DNA of 64,000 bases from Candidatus Bathyarchaeia archaeon (GTDB lineage Archaea; Thermoproteota; Bathyarchaeia; Bathyarchaeales; Bathycorpusculaceae). This document shows positions 37,332-48,012 of the stretch, piece after piece; positions within the stretch are counted from its first letter, which is position 1, and each line of letters opens with the position of its first letter. The position numbers and the translations under genes are program-made. Below the pieces are notes generated by a model. It did not search any database. It was not told the origin of the DNA and saw only the letters and a list, made by a program, of their open reading frames with translations. The stretch is taken from positions 64,001-128,000 of the forward strand of contig JBBFKZ010000003.1 in the NCBI GenBank assembly GCA_037481775.1. The letters run 5' to 3'.

Positions 37332-39161
37332 CTAAGGCCGCCGCAGCCGCCTTCGCCTAACATAAACCGCACCCGCGAAAGCCACAGCCAAAACAATGGC
37401 CACATCAAAATAAGGCGCTAACAACTCACCGTAATCAGCCGCCTCCACGTAGCCTCCAGCGCCTTCGGCGCCCTGAAGCAGCTGCCCAGAGCCGTTAAGC
37501 GGTTCAATCTTTAGGTTCTTGAATGCCACAGCCCTCTCCGTGTTATTCGCTATAAGCATCACCAGCCCTCCGGCATCTGCCACTTCCCGCGGCGCCTCCA
37601 AAGTCTCCAGAAACGTCCCATTCGCATCTTGCAACTGCGCAGTCACCTCATCCTCAGTTATCTTCGCAGCCACCCTATACCACACGCCTTCTTCTATACG
37701 CTCCGACATATTCATGAAAGCAACTTCGCTGAGCGCACTTACCTGATTGATATCATGATAGTCTAAGCCCTTAACATTCACCGTGTAATTGCCGACGCCG
37801 CTGTTCTGCAAGATAAGCGCAAACTGACTATGCATCGTCTCCGCCAAGTCCTCAGGCAACCTCAACGGCTGAAAACCCTGCGGTATCTCAATTTCCTCAA
37901 GAACCTCCAGCGCCTCTTCTTCCGCAGAAACCGTAATCAGCCGCCCGCTTCTCAGCACAATAAACTCGCCAGTAAGCAGGACGCCGGCGCCGGACAGCTG
38001 AGCATCAAGGAAATCTTCAACTCCCTGCCATAAGCTGAGCTCGTAATGGGCAACGTAAGTGCGGCCGTAAGTGTAATAGTAGCCGACGCTCTCGAACTGA
38101 ACAAGCGACGCGGGAAACCCGATGAAAACCGTCAGCGCTTCGCTGTCTGCGCCTGCAACCTCCGCGTTGCCACCCCAGCTTGCCCGCACATAATAGGTGC
38201 CTGACGAAGTGACATTCCAGCTGAAAGAGTAGCAGCCGCAAGAATCCGTCTCCGTTCGGTACGCATCATACGCGATGCCATTATGGCTGACATACAGCAC
38301 GACGGTTTCGTTTTCCCGTGCAGGCGTAAGCACGCCGGAAACTATCAGCTGCCGCTTCTCAAGGCTTACCTCTGCTGCAGCAGAGAGAGTAATTGTTAGA
38401 GACGCCGAAGGCAACGGGCTGCCCCAGCCTGCCGCGATTTGCGCTGGCAATGCAGGCTCGCTGTTTTCAAGCGTAATAATCCACGGTTGCTCCTCCGCCA
38501 AAACAGGCGGCACATCACCTACTTTCCACTCCATTGCAGCGGTACACTCGGCTATCCAGTATTTCCTGCCGCTCGACTCGTAGCCGGTGGCAGGCAGCCA
38601 CCACCATGTGCCGCGCGGCGTGCAGGGCAAGTAGACGCCAACGTTAATGTGATGCGCCTCTTTGAAGTAGAGCAGGACAACGTCTAAGCCGCCGGCCTTC
38701 ATGATTGACGCGGCGAGAAGCGACAGCGTATCACATTTCCCAGCGTTCTCCACTAGCGTCTCAACTGGATACTTGACGTCGCCGCTGGCGTAGGGAATCT
38801 GGTGAACCAGCATCAGCACGGCGTTAGCGAAATCTTCGTCACTGCGCTCGCCGTTGTCGGTGATGCTGCGGAGGCGCTCTGCAACCTGCTTAAACGCGTC
38901 AGGCGTAACAAGCGCAGCGTAGTCGCTGTCCCGAGTAATCCGTGGAGTTTTGGCATCGTAATACTCATAAAGCGAGGATGGCACGGCAACATACAGTTTC
39001 TGGCTGACGAGACCGAATTGAAAATGGAAACTGAAAGTTCGCTCGTAATTGCCAGCAAAAGAGGCAGGAGTAAAAAACACCAGCAACAGAAGGGCAACAA
39101 GCAAAATGCCGAGGTTTCGATGCCGAAAACGCATGTGTTCTCTATGATAATATATTGTCAC
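37332..39161 (-). CDS. Surface transglutaminase-like protein with Ig-like domain and C-terminal anchor
   Basis: Signal peptide, KYPVETL..GKCDT, HINVG, AECT triad pattern, C-terminal TM plus RRRR. Confidence 0.75.
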   Translation of the reverse strand: MTIYYHREHMRFRHRNLGILLVALLLLVFFTPASFAGNYERTFSFHFQFGLVSQKLYVAVPSSLYEYYDAKTPRITRDSDYAALVTPDAFKQVAERLRSITDNGERSDEDFANAVLMLVHQIPYASGDVKYPVETLVENAGKCDTLSLLAASIMKAGGLDVVLLYFKEAHHINVGVYLPCTPRGTWWWLPATGYESSGRKYWIAECTAAMEWKVGDVPPVLAEEQPWIITLENSEPALPAQIAAGWGSPLPSASLTITLSAAAEVSLEKRQLIVSGVLTPARENETVVLYVSHNGIAYDAYRTETDSCGCYSFSWNVTSSGTYYVRASWGGNAEVAGADSEALTVFIGFPASLVQFESVGYYYTYGRTYVAHYELSLWQGVEDFLDAQLSGAGVLLTGEFIVLRSGRLITVSAEEEALEVLEEIEIPQGFQPLRLPEDLAETMHSQFALILQNSGVGNYTVNVKGLDYHDINQVSALSEVAFMNMSERIEEGVWYRVAAKITEDEVTAQLQDANGTFLETLEAPREVADAGGLVMLIANNTERAVAFKNLKIEPLNGSGQLLQGAEGAGGYVEAADYGELLAPYFDVAIVLAVAFAGAVYVRRRRLRRP

Positions 39162-39286
39162 ATCTAAGACTTAAACGTTAGTTAGGGCGCGTCCATATTT
39201 GAAAGATAAAGCTTGAATTCTTATCGAAGCACAGTGCCCGCCGATTTCACTGTCCACTGAAAACGCCAAAAAAAGAGGCGGAGAGG

Positions 39287-40186
39287 TTAGAGCAGCAGGT
39301 CATTGGCGAATGAGTCACTTAATACTGGCGTCTGGTATTTGCAGTTAGCCTTCGCATAGTCAAAAGCTTCCTCGACAGTAACATCCGCCTGTCCAGAAAT
39401 GTGGTCGATTACGTCGGCATATTCATGGAGCATCCCTTGATCCGCGAAGTAGTATGTGAACTGGCCGTTTTGGACGCTTTCAAACTCGTAGGATAGGCTG
39501 GACTCAGCACAAGCCATAACCACGATTCGACCCGCAGCGGCAAGATCTGTCATCCCCCCAGCATAGCATGAGTCGAAAATGAAAATTATCCGTGAAGCCG
39601 CAACCTCAGAAAACAGGGCTGCAAGCTGCCCATCCCAGATCAGCGATTCAGCTGTGCACTCATAAGGAACTATGGCTTCATCAATAGCTTCCTTATCGCC
39701 GTCGTTGGCTTTGCCTCTTGCGCCGTGACCGCTATAGAAGAAGATAACTTCATCACCAGCGCTTACCCTTCCTTTTAACGACTTGATAGCTTCCACTATA
39801 TTGTCGCGAGTTGCAGCGTCATTAGTGAGTAGTATAATATTAGTCTCTGAATACCCGTAAACTGTGATTAGAGCAGTCTTCATGTCCGAGGCATCGTCGT
39901 CCGCATATTCCAGATCGTTCGCGTTGCCAGCATAGTCGGAAATGCCTATAACGATAGCCCATTTACTTGCTCCCTGACCGAGCTCATCGCCTAGTGTGCC
40001 TGTTGCAGCTTGCCTCGGCGGTTTCGCGGGCTTGCCCATGGCCGCTGGCCCCTTAACGGTGATTTTCGGCGTTATCTCAACATCTGATGCATGCGGTGAA
40101 GCAGCGTAAGCCATCACCGGCAAGAGCAGGCTTAACAACAAAATAGCTATTGCTCCAAACAAAATTGCCCGTTTCATAATAACCAT
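39287..40186 (-). CDS. Secreted caspase-family (C14) peptidase
   Basis: AIVIGISDY, FYSGHG, FDSCYAG; N-terminal signal peptide. Confidence 0.9.
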   Translation of the reverse strand: MVIMKRAILFGAIAILLLSLLLPVMAYAASPHASDVEITPKITVKGPAAMGKPAKPPRQAATGTLGDELGQGASKWAIVIGISDYAGNANDLEYADDDASDMKTALITVYGYSETNIILLTNDAATRDNIVEAIKSLKGRVSAGDEVIFFYSGHGARGKANDGDKEAIDEAIVPYECTAESLIWDGQLAALFSEVAASRIIFIFDSCYAGGMTDLAAAGRIVVMACAESSLSYEFESVQNGQFTYYFADQGMLHEYADVIDHISGQADVTVEEAFDYAKANCKYQTPVLSDSFANDLLL

Positions 40187-40337
40187 CCAAATTTAATTTA
40201 AGCATTAGAATTGCTTAAAAGACTTGTTCCCGCTCTGAAAACAGGCAGCGCTTCTGGCTGTAAGAGATTTTTCGCAACCTTTCCCACATTTATCTCGGTA
40301 CCAAAGTGTATTCTTGCCATGAAAAGAGCGCGTTGTT

Positions 40338-40505
40338 CTAGGTGTGCTGGCGCCAAGTGTCTAGTTTCAGCCGTTTAATGAGGGCTTTGACTTTTTCCTT
40401 GTCTGCTAGAGCTTCCTCGATGACGGCTTTTGCAAGCTCGTATATGCGCAGGTCATTCAGCAGAGCCAGCTGCTTAATTCGCTGATGCAAGTCAGCGGTT
40501 ATGGA
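40338..40505 (-). pseudogene. RHH-like regulator remnant lacking a start
   Basis: Hand translation SITADLHQRIKQLALLNDLRIYELAKAVIEEAL..., preceded in frame by TAA. Confidence 0.45.
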
Positions 40506-40721
40506 TTATGCGAAAGAGTTAAGTTTGATGAAGGAAAGTATACATCGTGGCAAAAATCAGAGCTTAAATTTCTAGTGTACACTTATTTTTTTCATTATCT
40601 GGTTCCGATTCGGTGTCTACAAATAAAGCCAAATTTAAATTAACTTTAAATGTATAAGCGCTATATTATATGCACAAGCCCTCAGATCAAGGCGGCTACA
40701 AGAAAGTGAGGTGCGCAAAGA

Positions 40722-41069
40722 TTGGCAAAAAACCCAGCAGAGTTTGATAGAGTGTTATTAAGCGCTATTGATGAGGCTTTAAGTTCTCTTGGCGAGGCAG
40801 TGAGACATTCAATTTACTTCCACATAGAAAGCAAATTCAATGTGCCAAGAAACAGAATCCCAGAAAACCTCGAAGAGTTCCAAGAAGCCCTTGAAAAAAT
40901 CTTCGGCACTGGCGCGAGATTTATAGAGATTTTGATCATGAAAAACTTGTACTCAAAAGTTGGGCTTCCGCTCAAAATAGAAGATAAACAGCTGGAATTT
41001 GTTAAGTATGTTGACGCTGTGAGGGAAGGCTTCCTGAAAAAACGCGTACAAGCGAACTATAATTTTTAA
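40722..41069 (+). CDS. NitrOD5/DUF3227-like small protein
   Basis: AIDEALSSLGE....IYFHI...IPENLEEF..ALEKIFGTGA pattern. Confidence 0.65.
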   Translation: MAKNPAEFDRVLLSAIDEALSSLGEAVRHSIYFHIESKFNVPRNRIPENLEEFQEALEKIFGTGARFIEILIMKNLYSKVGLPLKIEDKQLEFVKYVDAVREGFLKKRVQANYNF

Positions 41070-41152
41070 GCCAATTAATGCAAATTCATATCGAAAGTTC
41101 ATAAAGGCTTTATCAATGCTTTAATCCTTTAGCTAACTTAAGTGAAGGAAGT

Positions 41153-41623
41153 ATGGGCGAAGCTGCGAGAATCCTGGTTATTGATGATGACGAAAACATA
41201 AGAAAAGTGTTGAAGACTATCCTTGAAGACGAAGGATACATCGTTGACACGGCAGAGACAGCCAAAGAAAGCATAGAGAAAAGTGAGAATTCATTCTATA
41301 ATCTGGCGCTCATTGACGTTCGCCTGCCAGATATGGAGGGCATTGAGCTCTTGTCAAAACTGCGCGATACCAAGCCGAAGATGCGAAAGATAATAGTTAC
41401 AGGATATCCAACGCTTCAAAACGCCATCGCCGCGGTGAATAAAGGCGCGGACGCTTACATAGTTAAGCCCTTTGAGGTAGATAAAATCCTTGAAATCATT
41501 CGGGAGCAGTTGAAGAAGCAAGAGGAAGAAAGCCACTACAGCGAAGAAAAAGTCGTTGAATTCATTGAAACACGCATCAAAGCATTAGAAGCAACAGGCA
41601 AAAAAGCCACAAAAAAGGCTTAG
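41153..41623 (+). CDS. Response regulator receiver protein
   Basis: ILVIDDD, D-VRLPDMEG, TG, KP. Confidence 0.93.
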   Translation: MGEAARILVIDDDENIRKVLKTILEDEGYIVDTAETAKESIEKSENSFYNLALIDVRLPDMEGIELLSKLRDTKPKMRKIIVTGYPTLQNAIAAVNKGADAYIVKPFEVDKILEIIREQLKKQEEESHYSEEKVVEFIETRIKALEATGKKATKKA

Positions 41624-41973
41624 GCCCTTTTTTCTTTAGAAAGTGCCTCATGCATTAATTGGTGTCATCTTTCTAAAAGCGTCTGTTTACGATGTTAAAC
41701 GCAAAGACATTAATGAAATAGGTGCTTATGCAAGTTGCTTGCTTATAATTTTTTTCCGCTGTTTCGTGAGTAAACGCGGCATTCTTTTCGGTATTTCAAA
41801 AAACAGACGTTAAAAAAGTTTTTCTGAGCTTATATAACAATATCGGATCGTTAACGGTCAAAGCTGCGTGAGGGGCTTTGACTTAACTTTAGCATACTCA
41901 ACTTAGTTATGTATATTTTCGATGATGAGGTACCAGTTTATTTCATTTTCAATGTAAACAATAACTAAATAAT

Positions 41974-41989
41974 ACACTACTATTAGTGT
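41974..41989. promoter_or_regulatory. Putative NrdR box
   Basis: ACACTA-CTAT-TAGTGT palindrome resembling the NrdR consensus, about 45 bp upstream of nrdR. Confidence 0.55.
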
Positions 41990-42032
41990 GGGTTGTTTGC
42001 TACTATCCACTATCAGCCATGTGTGATCATCT

Positions 42033-42479
42033 GTGAAATGTCCGTATTGCGGGTCTGATGAATTCAAGACTTTGGAAACACGTGATTCGCCAGACAACAC
42101 TACGCGGCGCAGGAAAGAATGCGTAAACTGCGGGAAGCGCTTCACAACTTATGAGTATGTGGAAACGGTGGAGCTTATGGTGCGGAAGAAAGACGGCAAA
42201 CTTGAACGCTTCGACGCGAACAAGATAATCCGCGGCTTGCAGAAAGCTTGCGAAAAACGGCCCGTAACCATGGAGCAGATCAATGAGTTAGCAAGCCAAG
42301 TACGCCAAGACCTCATGCTGAAAGGCAAAGAAGAGGTTACTTCCCGAGAAATCGGCGACTTAGTAATGAAATACTTGAAAACACTCGACCGCATCGCGTA
42401 CATCCGCTTCGCTAGCGTATACAAGCAGTTTGAAGAGCCTGAAGACTTCAGGCGAGTACTCCTTGAGGTGAAAAAATGA
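42033..42479 (+). CDS. nrdR: Transcriptional repressor NrdR
   Basis: MKCPYC, RRRKEC..CGKRFTTYE, ATP cone, YIRFASVY. Confidence 0.97.
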   Translation: MKCPYCGSDEFKTLETRDSPDNTTRRRKECVNCGKRFTTYEYVETVELMVRKKDGKLERFDANKIIRGLQKACEKRPVTMEQINELASQVRQDLMLKGKEEVTSREIGDLVMKYLKTLDRIAYIRFASVYKQFEEPEDFRRVLLEVKK

Positions 42480-44602
42480 AGTTTGTAAGAAAACGTGATG
42501 GAAAATTAGAACCATTTGATCAAGAACGTATAACAAACGCCATTTGGAAAGCCGCCAAAGCTGTGGGCGGCAAAGATCGCGAGCAAGCGAAGCGCATAAG
42601 CGACCAAGTGGTCGCTGAGCTGAACAGGCGCTTCGGCGAAGACGGCTGCCCCACAGTGGAGGAAATTCAGGATATAGTTGAAAAAATGCTTATCGAAAAC
42701 GGCCACGCGCGAACGGCTAAGGCATACATTCTCTATAGGAAGCAGCATCAAGACATGCGAGAGCTCGCGGCGCTTTTAAGCTCCGCGGACATGGTTGACC
42801 AGTACCTGGAGATTGAGGATTGGCGGGTTAAAGAGAACTCGAACATGAGCTATTCGCTGCAGGGCTTGAACAATTACCTTTCATCCACCGTCATCGCCAA
42901 GTACTGGATATCAAGGATTTACCCGTCGGAAATTGCTGAAGCACACTTTTCCGGCGACATCCACATTCACGACCTAGGCGTTTTAGGCCCCTACTGCGTC
43001 GGCTGGAACATCAGCGATTTGCTGCTTTCAGGGTTCGGCGGCGTCCCCGGCAAGATCGAGAGCAAGCCAGCGAAGCATTTCAGAACAGCGCTAGGTCAAG
43101 TGGTTAACTTCTTCTATACGCTTCAGGGCGAGGCGGCAGGCGCACAAGCGTTCAGCAACTTTGACACTTACTTGGCGCCATTCATACGCTACGACCGCTT
43201 GAACCAGAAAGAGGTGGAGCAGGCGCTGCAGGAGTTCTTTTTCAACATGAACGTGCCGACCCGCGTGGGCTTCCAGACGCCTTTCACCAACGTAACTCTG
43301 GACTTGACGGTGCCGGATTTCATGAAGGACGAGGCTGTGCTCTATAATGGAAGACTCACTGAGGATACTTACGGTGACATGGCTGCAGAGATGGAGATGT
43401 TCAACATAGCCTTCGCCAAAGTTTTAAGCCAAGGCGATGCGAGAGGAAGAGTTTTCACTTTCCCAATACCGACGTACAACATAACCAAGGATTTCCCATG
43501 GGACTCCCCCGTTACCGAGGCGATTTTTGAGGTAACAGCCAAGTATGGAGTGCCCTACTTCTCAAACTTCGTTAACAGCGACTTGCACCCTGAAGATGTA
43601 CGTAGTATGTGCTGCCGCCTTCGCATTGACAACCGTGAACTACGCAAACGAGGAGGAGGCTTCTTCGGCGCTAACCCCTTGACCGGCTCCATCGGCGTGG
43701 TTACCATTAACATGCCGCGGATCGGCTACTTATCCAAGGACGAAGCAGAGTTCTTCCAGCGTTTAGAATCGATTATGGAGATAGCCAAAACCAGCTTAGA
43801 GATCAAACGCAAAGTGCTCGAAGCGTTTACTGAGAAGGGATTGTATCCATATTCGCGTCGGTATTTACGTAACATCAAAGAGGGCTATGGAAAGTACTGG
43901 AAGAATCACTTTTCAACCATAGGCTTAGTCGGCATTAATGAGGCCATCTTGAATCTCCTAGGCGTGAACATAGCAACGAAAGAGGGAAAGGACTTCGCCA
44001 TCAAAATACTCAAATTCATGCGCGAGCGGCTGGCGGACTTCCAAGAGGAAACCGGAAACATTTACAATCTAGAAGCAACGCCCGCAGAGGGCACTTCTTA
44101 CAGGCTTGCTCGCATTGACAAACGCAGATACCCACAGATCATAGTAGCAAACGAACGCTACGTGACGGATAAACGCGCCGAGCCCTTCTACACAAACTCC
44201 TCGCAGCTGCCTGTGGACTATGAAGGCGACTTGTTCGAGGCGCTGGAGCATCAGGAAGGCTTGCAGACGCTTTACACTGGCGGCACAGTTTTCCATATTT
44301 TCCTCGGCGAACGCCTGCACTCGTGGAAGTCTGCAGCGGAGCTTATCAGGAAGGTAACTTGGAACTCGCGCCTACCCTATTTCACGCTGACACCCACCTT
44401 CAGCATATGCCCCACGCACGGCTACATTAGCGGCGAGCACAAGCAGTGCCCAATATGCAGTGCCAGCTGCGAAGTCTACTCGCGTGTTGTCGGCTATCTG
44501 CGGCCAGTAGACCAGTGGAACGATGGGAAACAAGCGGAGTTTGCAATTAGAAGAACCTTTGACAAGTCTGCCATGATGGTAACTGTGCCTGTTTCCGCTT
44601 AA
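42476..44602 (+). CDS. nrdD: Anaerobic (class III) ribonucleotide reductase
   Basis: ATP cone, SMCCRL, EATPAE, glycyl loop YSRVVGYLRP. Confidence 0.97.
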   Translation: MKFVRKRDGKLEPFDQERITNAIWKAAKAVGGKDREQAKRISDQVVAELNRRFGEDGCPTVEEIQDIVEKMLIENGHARTAKAYILYRKQHQDMRELAALLSSADMVDQYLEIEDWRVKENSNMSYSLQGLNNYLSSTVIAKYWISRIYPSEIAEAHFSGDIHIHDLGVLGPYCVGWNISDLLLSGFGGVPGKIESKPAKHFRTALGQVVNFFYTLQGEAAGAQAFSNFDTYLAPFIRYDRLNQKEVEQALQEFFFNMNVPTRVGFQTPFTNVTLDLTVPDFMKDEAVLYNGRLTEDTYGDMAAEMEMFNIAFAKVLSQGDARGRVFTFPIPTYNITKDFPWDSPVTEAIFEVTAKYGVPYFSNFVNSDLHPEDVRSMCCRLRIDNRELRKRGGGFFGANPLTGSIGVVTINMPRIGYLSKDEAEFFQRLESIMEIAKTSLEIKRKVLEAFTEKGLYPYSRRYLRNIKEGYGKYWKNHFSTIGLVGINEAILNLLGVNIATKEGKDFAIKILKFMRERLADFQEETGNIYNLEATPAEGTSYRLARIDKRRYPQIIVANERYVTDKRAEPFYTNSSQLPVDYEGDLFEALEHQEGLQTLYTGGTVFHIFLGERLHSWKSAAELIRKVTWNSRLPYFTLTPTFSICPTHGYISGEHKQCPICSASCEVYSRVVGYLRPVDQWNDGKQAEFAIRRTFDKSAMMVTVPVSA

Positions 44603-44615
44603 GAGTGAAAGAGGC

Positions 44616-45293
44616 ATGAAGTTCAGCGGCTTACAGAAAATCAGCCTCATCGATTATCCGAACAAGATAGCGTCAGTGCTCTTCACGCCAGGCTGCAATC
44701 TACGCTGCCCCTTCTGCCACAACTGGCGCATAGTTGTCGACCCGAAGCCGCCGTTTCTGCAGGAAGCCGTAGCGCTGGAGCTGCTGGAAAGACGCAAGAA
44801 ATACGTGGACGCCGTCGTGGTGACCGGCGGCGAGCCGACAATGCACAGCGAGCTGCCCAAGTTTCTGGAGAAGCTGAAAGAGCGCGGGTTCGAGGTAAAG
44901 CTAGACACAAACGGCTTCTATCCGGAAGCACTAGAAGAATGCCTGCCCTACCTGGATTATGTGGCTTTAGACGTGAAAACCTCGCTGGAGAAGTACAAGC
45001 AGCTAGGCGCCGAGGATGCTACTGGATTAATGCGCACCATCGAAATCTTAAAGACAGGAAAAGTGCCTTACGAGTTCAGGACCACAGTGGTGCCAGAGCT
45101 GGTTACAGCTGAAGACGTAGAGCGCATAGGCGAAATGGTGAAAGGCGCTAAAACATACGCGTTACAGCAGTTCGTGCCACAGGATACGTTGGACAAGCGG
45201 TTTGAAACGTTCAGACCATACACGCCGGAAGCAATCTCCAACTTCGCAGAATTAATACGCAAATACGCTGAAAATGTTATTCTGCGCATATAG
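44616..45293 (+). CDS. nrdG: NrdD activating enzyme
   Basis: GCNLRCPFCHN, TGGEP. Confidence 0.95.
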   Translation: MKFSGLQKISLIDYPNKIASVLFTPGCNLRCPFCHNWRIVVDPKPPFLQEAVALELLERRKKYVDAVVVTGGEPTMHSELPKFLEKLKERGFEVKLDTNGFYPEALEECLPYLDYVALDVKTSLEKYKQLGAEDATGLMRTIEILKTGKVPYEFRTTVVPELVTAEDVERIGEMVKGAKTYALQQFVPQDTLDKRFETFRPYTPEAISNFAELIRKYAENVILRI

Positions 45294-45385
45294 CTGCGCC
45301 CAGCTTTTTTTGTTCGTAAAGAGGCTATTCGACGGTGACCTAGCTTAGGCCCGCGTGTCAAACCTGAGTAAATGTTTTTCGTTTC

Positions 45386-46747
45386 TTAGAGATTTAAGCA
45401 GAAGCCAAAAATGCTTAGTTCAATCCATAAAACCAGCGATGCCGCTGACACTTCAACTATGGATAAGATGGAACCCACCTTCAAGTAGTCTCTTAGGCCT
45501 ATTCCAACGCCTTTGCGCCTCATTGTCTCCAGCCACATAAGAATAGCCAAAGAGCCCAACGGGAAAAAGTGTGGGCCAAGATTGTTCCCGATGATGTTGG
45601 AGAAAATCAGTCCAGTTAACGCTTGCCCGCTTAAGCCAGCAGTCGCCATTGCTTGGCGTATAGCCATTAACCCGAGAATTGTCATCGGCCAGTTGTTCAT
45701 GAAGCTTGCGCCAACCGTCACCACCAAACTTGGGGCCAACACACTTAACAAGGATGGGAATGCACTGGTGGCTACGAGCGTGGAAGATAGAAGCTCAATA
45801 ATGTATGCATTTCGTAAGCCTTGAACGACGATGAAAATGCTGAGCATGAAGAGCACGATGTCCCAGTTGATTTCTTTCGCCAATGCCAGAATGCCTTTTC
45901 GTTCACCCTTGAAAGAGGATATCCCGCGTAGAGACATCCAATAAACAGTCAGAAGGAACAATGCGCCTGAGCAGATTACTATGGAAACGGGAACTCTGTT
46001 CCATGAGGCCAAAACGTAGCCAACATCAATAGCAATTAACGTGGCAATACTTATTTTCAACAGGTTAGGCGTAATGGGCTGTGTGCCATTAGACAAGATA
46101 TTCGCAAGTTCCCTGTCATATTTCTTCGGAATTTTCTTTCTAAAGAAAACATAAACCAGTAACAGGCTGCTTGCGATAGTTACCACGGCAACTGGAGCCA
46201 TGAAAACTAAATGGTCAACAAAACTGTACTTGAAGAAATCTGCGCTCACAATGTTAATCGGATTACTCGTGATAAGCGGCATTGCCGCAGTGTCCGCAAT
46301 CAGCCCCGCAGAAAAGAGATACGCCAACCGCCCGTCTGAGTCAATCTTTAACTGGCTGATAATCTCAAGAACGATGGGTGTGAGAATTAGCACGGCGCTG
46401 TCGTTGGCAAACAGTATGCTCACTGCAGCCGTTAACAGCGACACATAGAAGTAGAGCCGCACTCCGCTTCCACGTGCCAGTTTCACCACCTGCAACGCAG
46501 CCCACTTGAAAAAGCCCATCGCGTCTAACACCACTGAAAAGGCGACTATTCCGATAAACGCTAAAGCCGCGTCCCAAATCTCCATAAACGCCTGCGCCGC
46601 CTCGCTCAGAGATACCGTGCCGAGCAGCAGCGATGCAGCAGCGCCGACGCCGGCGGCATAGCCCAGTTTTAAACCGCGTGGGCGCTTAATCATCAAAAAG
46701 AGCGTAACCACGAAGACGCCGAGCGCCGCCACACCCAAGTGATCCAT
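45386..46747 (-). CDS. arsB: ArsB/NhaD-family membrane transporter
   Basis: FANDSAVLILTP, ITSNPINIV, MNNWP, LGSLAILMW. Confidence 0.8.
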   Translation of the reverse strand: MDHLGVAALGVFVVTLFLMIKRPRGLKLGYAAGVGAAASLLLGTVSLSEAAQAFMEIWDAALAFIGIVAFSVVLDAMGFFKWAALQVVKLARGSGVRLYFYVSLLTAAVSILFANDSAVLILTPIVLEIISQLKIDSDGRLAYLFSAGLIADTAAMPLITSNPINIVSADFFKYSFVDHLVFMAPVAVVTIASSLLLVYVFFRKKIPKKYDRELANILSNGTQPITPNLLKISIATLIAIDVGYVLASWNRVPVSIVICSGALFLLTVYWMSLRGISSFKGERKGILALAKEINWDIVLFMLSIFIVVQGLRNAYIIELLSSTLVATSAFPSLLSVLAPSLVVTVGASFMNNWPMTILGLMAIRQAMATAGLSGQALTGLIFSNIIGNNLGPHFFPLGSLAILMWLETMRRKGVGIGLRDYLKVGSILSIVEVSAASLVLWIELSIFGFCLNL

Positions 46748-47113
46748 GAATTAGGTCCCATACCCCGTTTTATTTGGAAAGAAGCGCTTTCATCAGATAT
46801 AAAAGAATAACGTGGAGAACAGCGGAAACAATAATGAAGACTGCTTTTGGTGCTTCAACGTAAGCCCTAATCAGCGACAGCACCATGTTGCTGCCAGCAA
46901 TTTTAGAACGGCAAAGTTCCTGTAGCACACAGCAAGCTTCATCAGCCGAAAAAGAATGAAGTTTTGAGGCGGCGCAAAATGATAGCATTTTTCGGCGCTA
47001 GAAAAGTTTAACTGTCAAGCAAGCATTTGCTAATTCGGAAAAATTATCAGCAGAAGATTTGGAAAAACAAAGCTGACAAGAAGGCATGAAGCGAAGCGAG
47101 GTGAACAATAAGC

Positions 47114-47389
47114 ATGGTGGACGTGATAGTTGATGTGTCTGAACTTAAAGATGAAGGAAAAGAAGTGATTCAAGCGCTTGTCTCATTCATGAAGGAGAAA
47201 ACAGCAGCAGAGGTCACTAATGAAGCAAACAAGATTACAGTCAAAACCCAAGCGGTTTCCAAAAAGCACTTGCGAGTGCTTGTGAAAAGATTCTTGCACA
47301 AGCAAGGACTGAATGACTACTTCAGAGTCATAAGTAGCAAAGAAAACACGTTGAAGATTAAAGAAAGAAAACTCGGAGAAGAAGACTAA
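47114..47389 (+). CDS. rpl22e: Ribosomal protein eL22 (L22e)
   Basis: SKKHLRVLVKRFLHKQGLNDYFRVIS matches the eL22 signature SKRYLKYLTKKYL...LRDWLRVV. Confidence 0.75.
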   Translation: MVDVIVDVSELKDEGKEVIQALVSFMKEKTAAEVTNEANKITVKTQAVSKKHLRVLVKRFLHKQGLNDYFRVISSKENTLKIKERKLGEED

Positions 47390-47676
47390 AACACATCTGC
47401 AAGACAAGCGCATCCCCTTTTCCATTTAGAAAACGGTCATGTTTTTGAGTAGCTTCAGTTGACTGAGCATATAAACCTCAACGTAACGGCTCAACGCAGC
47501 GTGCACACCCTTTACTTTTTTTAAAAGGCAAGTAGCAGTTGATTTTCTGCTGCCGTGATAGACCCTCTATAGATTTCTGCACAGAATTGCTATACCTCTA
47601 TTCGCATGCAGAAACTAGTAGAAGGATAAAAAAAAAGGCAAATTCTGCCAAGCAGTGGAAACGGAAAAACAAGTAG

Positions 47677-48012
47677 CTAACCTTTTAGTTTGTTGTGGAA
47701 GCAGGTTTCGTTTCCCGTGTGGCATGCGGGTCCTTTCTGCTCTACAACAAAGAGCAATGTGTCGTAGTCGCAGTCTACGAGGATGTCTTTGATTTTCTGC
47801 GTGTGCCCCGAGGTTTCGCCCTTCATCCACAGCTGGTTTCGCGAGCGGCTCCAGTAATGCGCGTAGCCCGTGCTCAGTGTTTTCTCAAGCGCTTCGCTGT
47901 TGGTGTATGCCAGCATAAGCACAGCTTTTGACGTGGCGTCTTGCACAACCACGGGGATGAGTCCGCCGCCCTTTGCAAAATCCAGCTTTTTAAGCAATTC
48001 TTCATTTACCAC
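47677..48012 (-). CDS. hisI: Phosphoribosyl-AMP cyclohydrolase
   Basis: [27 protein letters not shown]. Confidence 0.96.
   Translation of the reverse strand: MVNEELLKKLDFAKGGGLIPVVVQDATSKAVLMLAYTNSEALEKTLSTGYAHYWSRSRNQLWMKGETSGHTQKIKDILVDCDYDTLLFVVEQKGPACHTGNETCFHNKLKG

Noticed and set aside
40722-41623. Novel two-component system
   Set aside because: Orphan receiver plus NitrOD5-like gene with no kinase; a common arrangement in these archaea.
46770-46988. Small ORF upstream of arsB as ArsR or leader
   Set aside because: No HTH; only a short hydrophobic tail, so coding status is unsupported.
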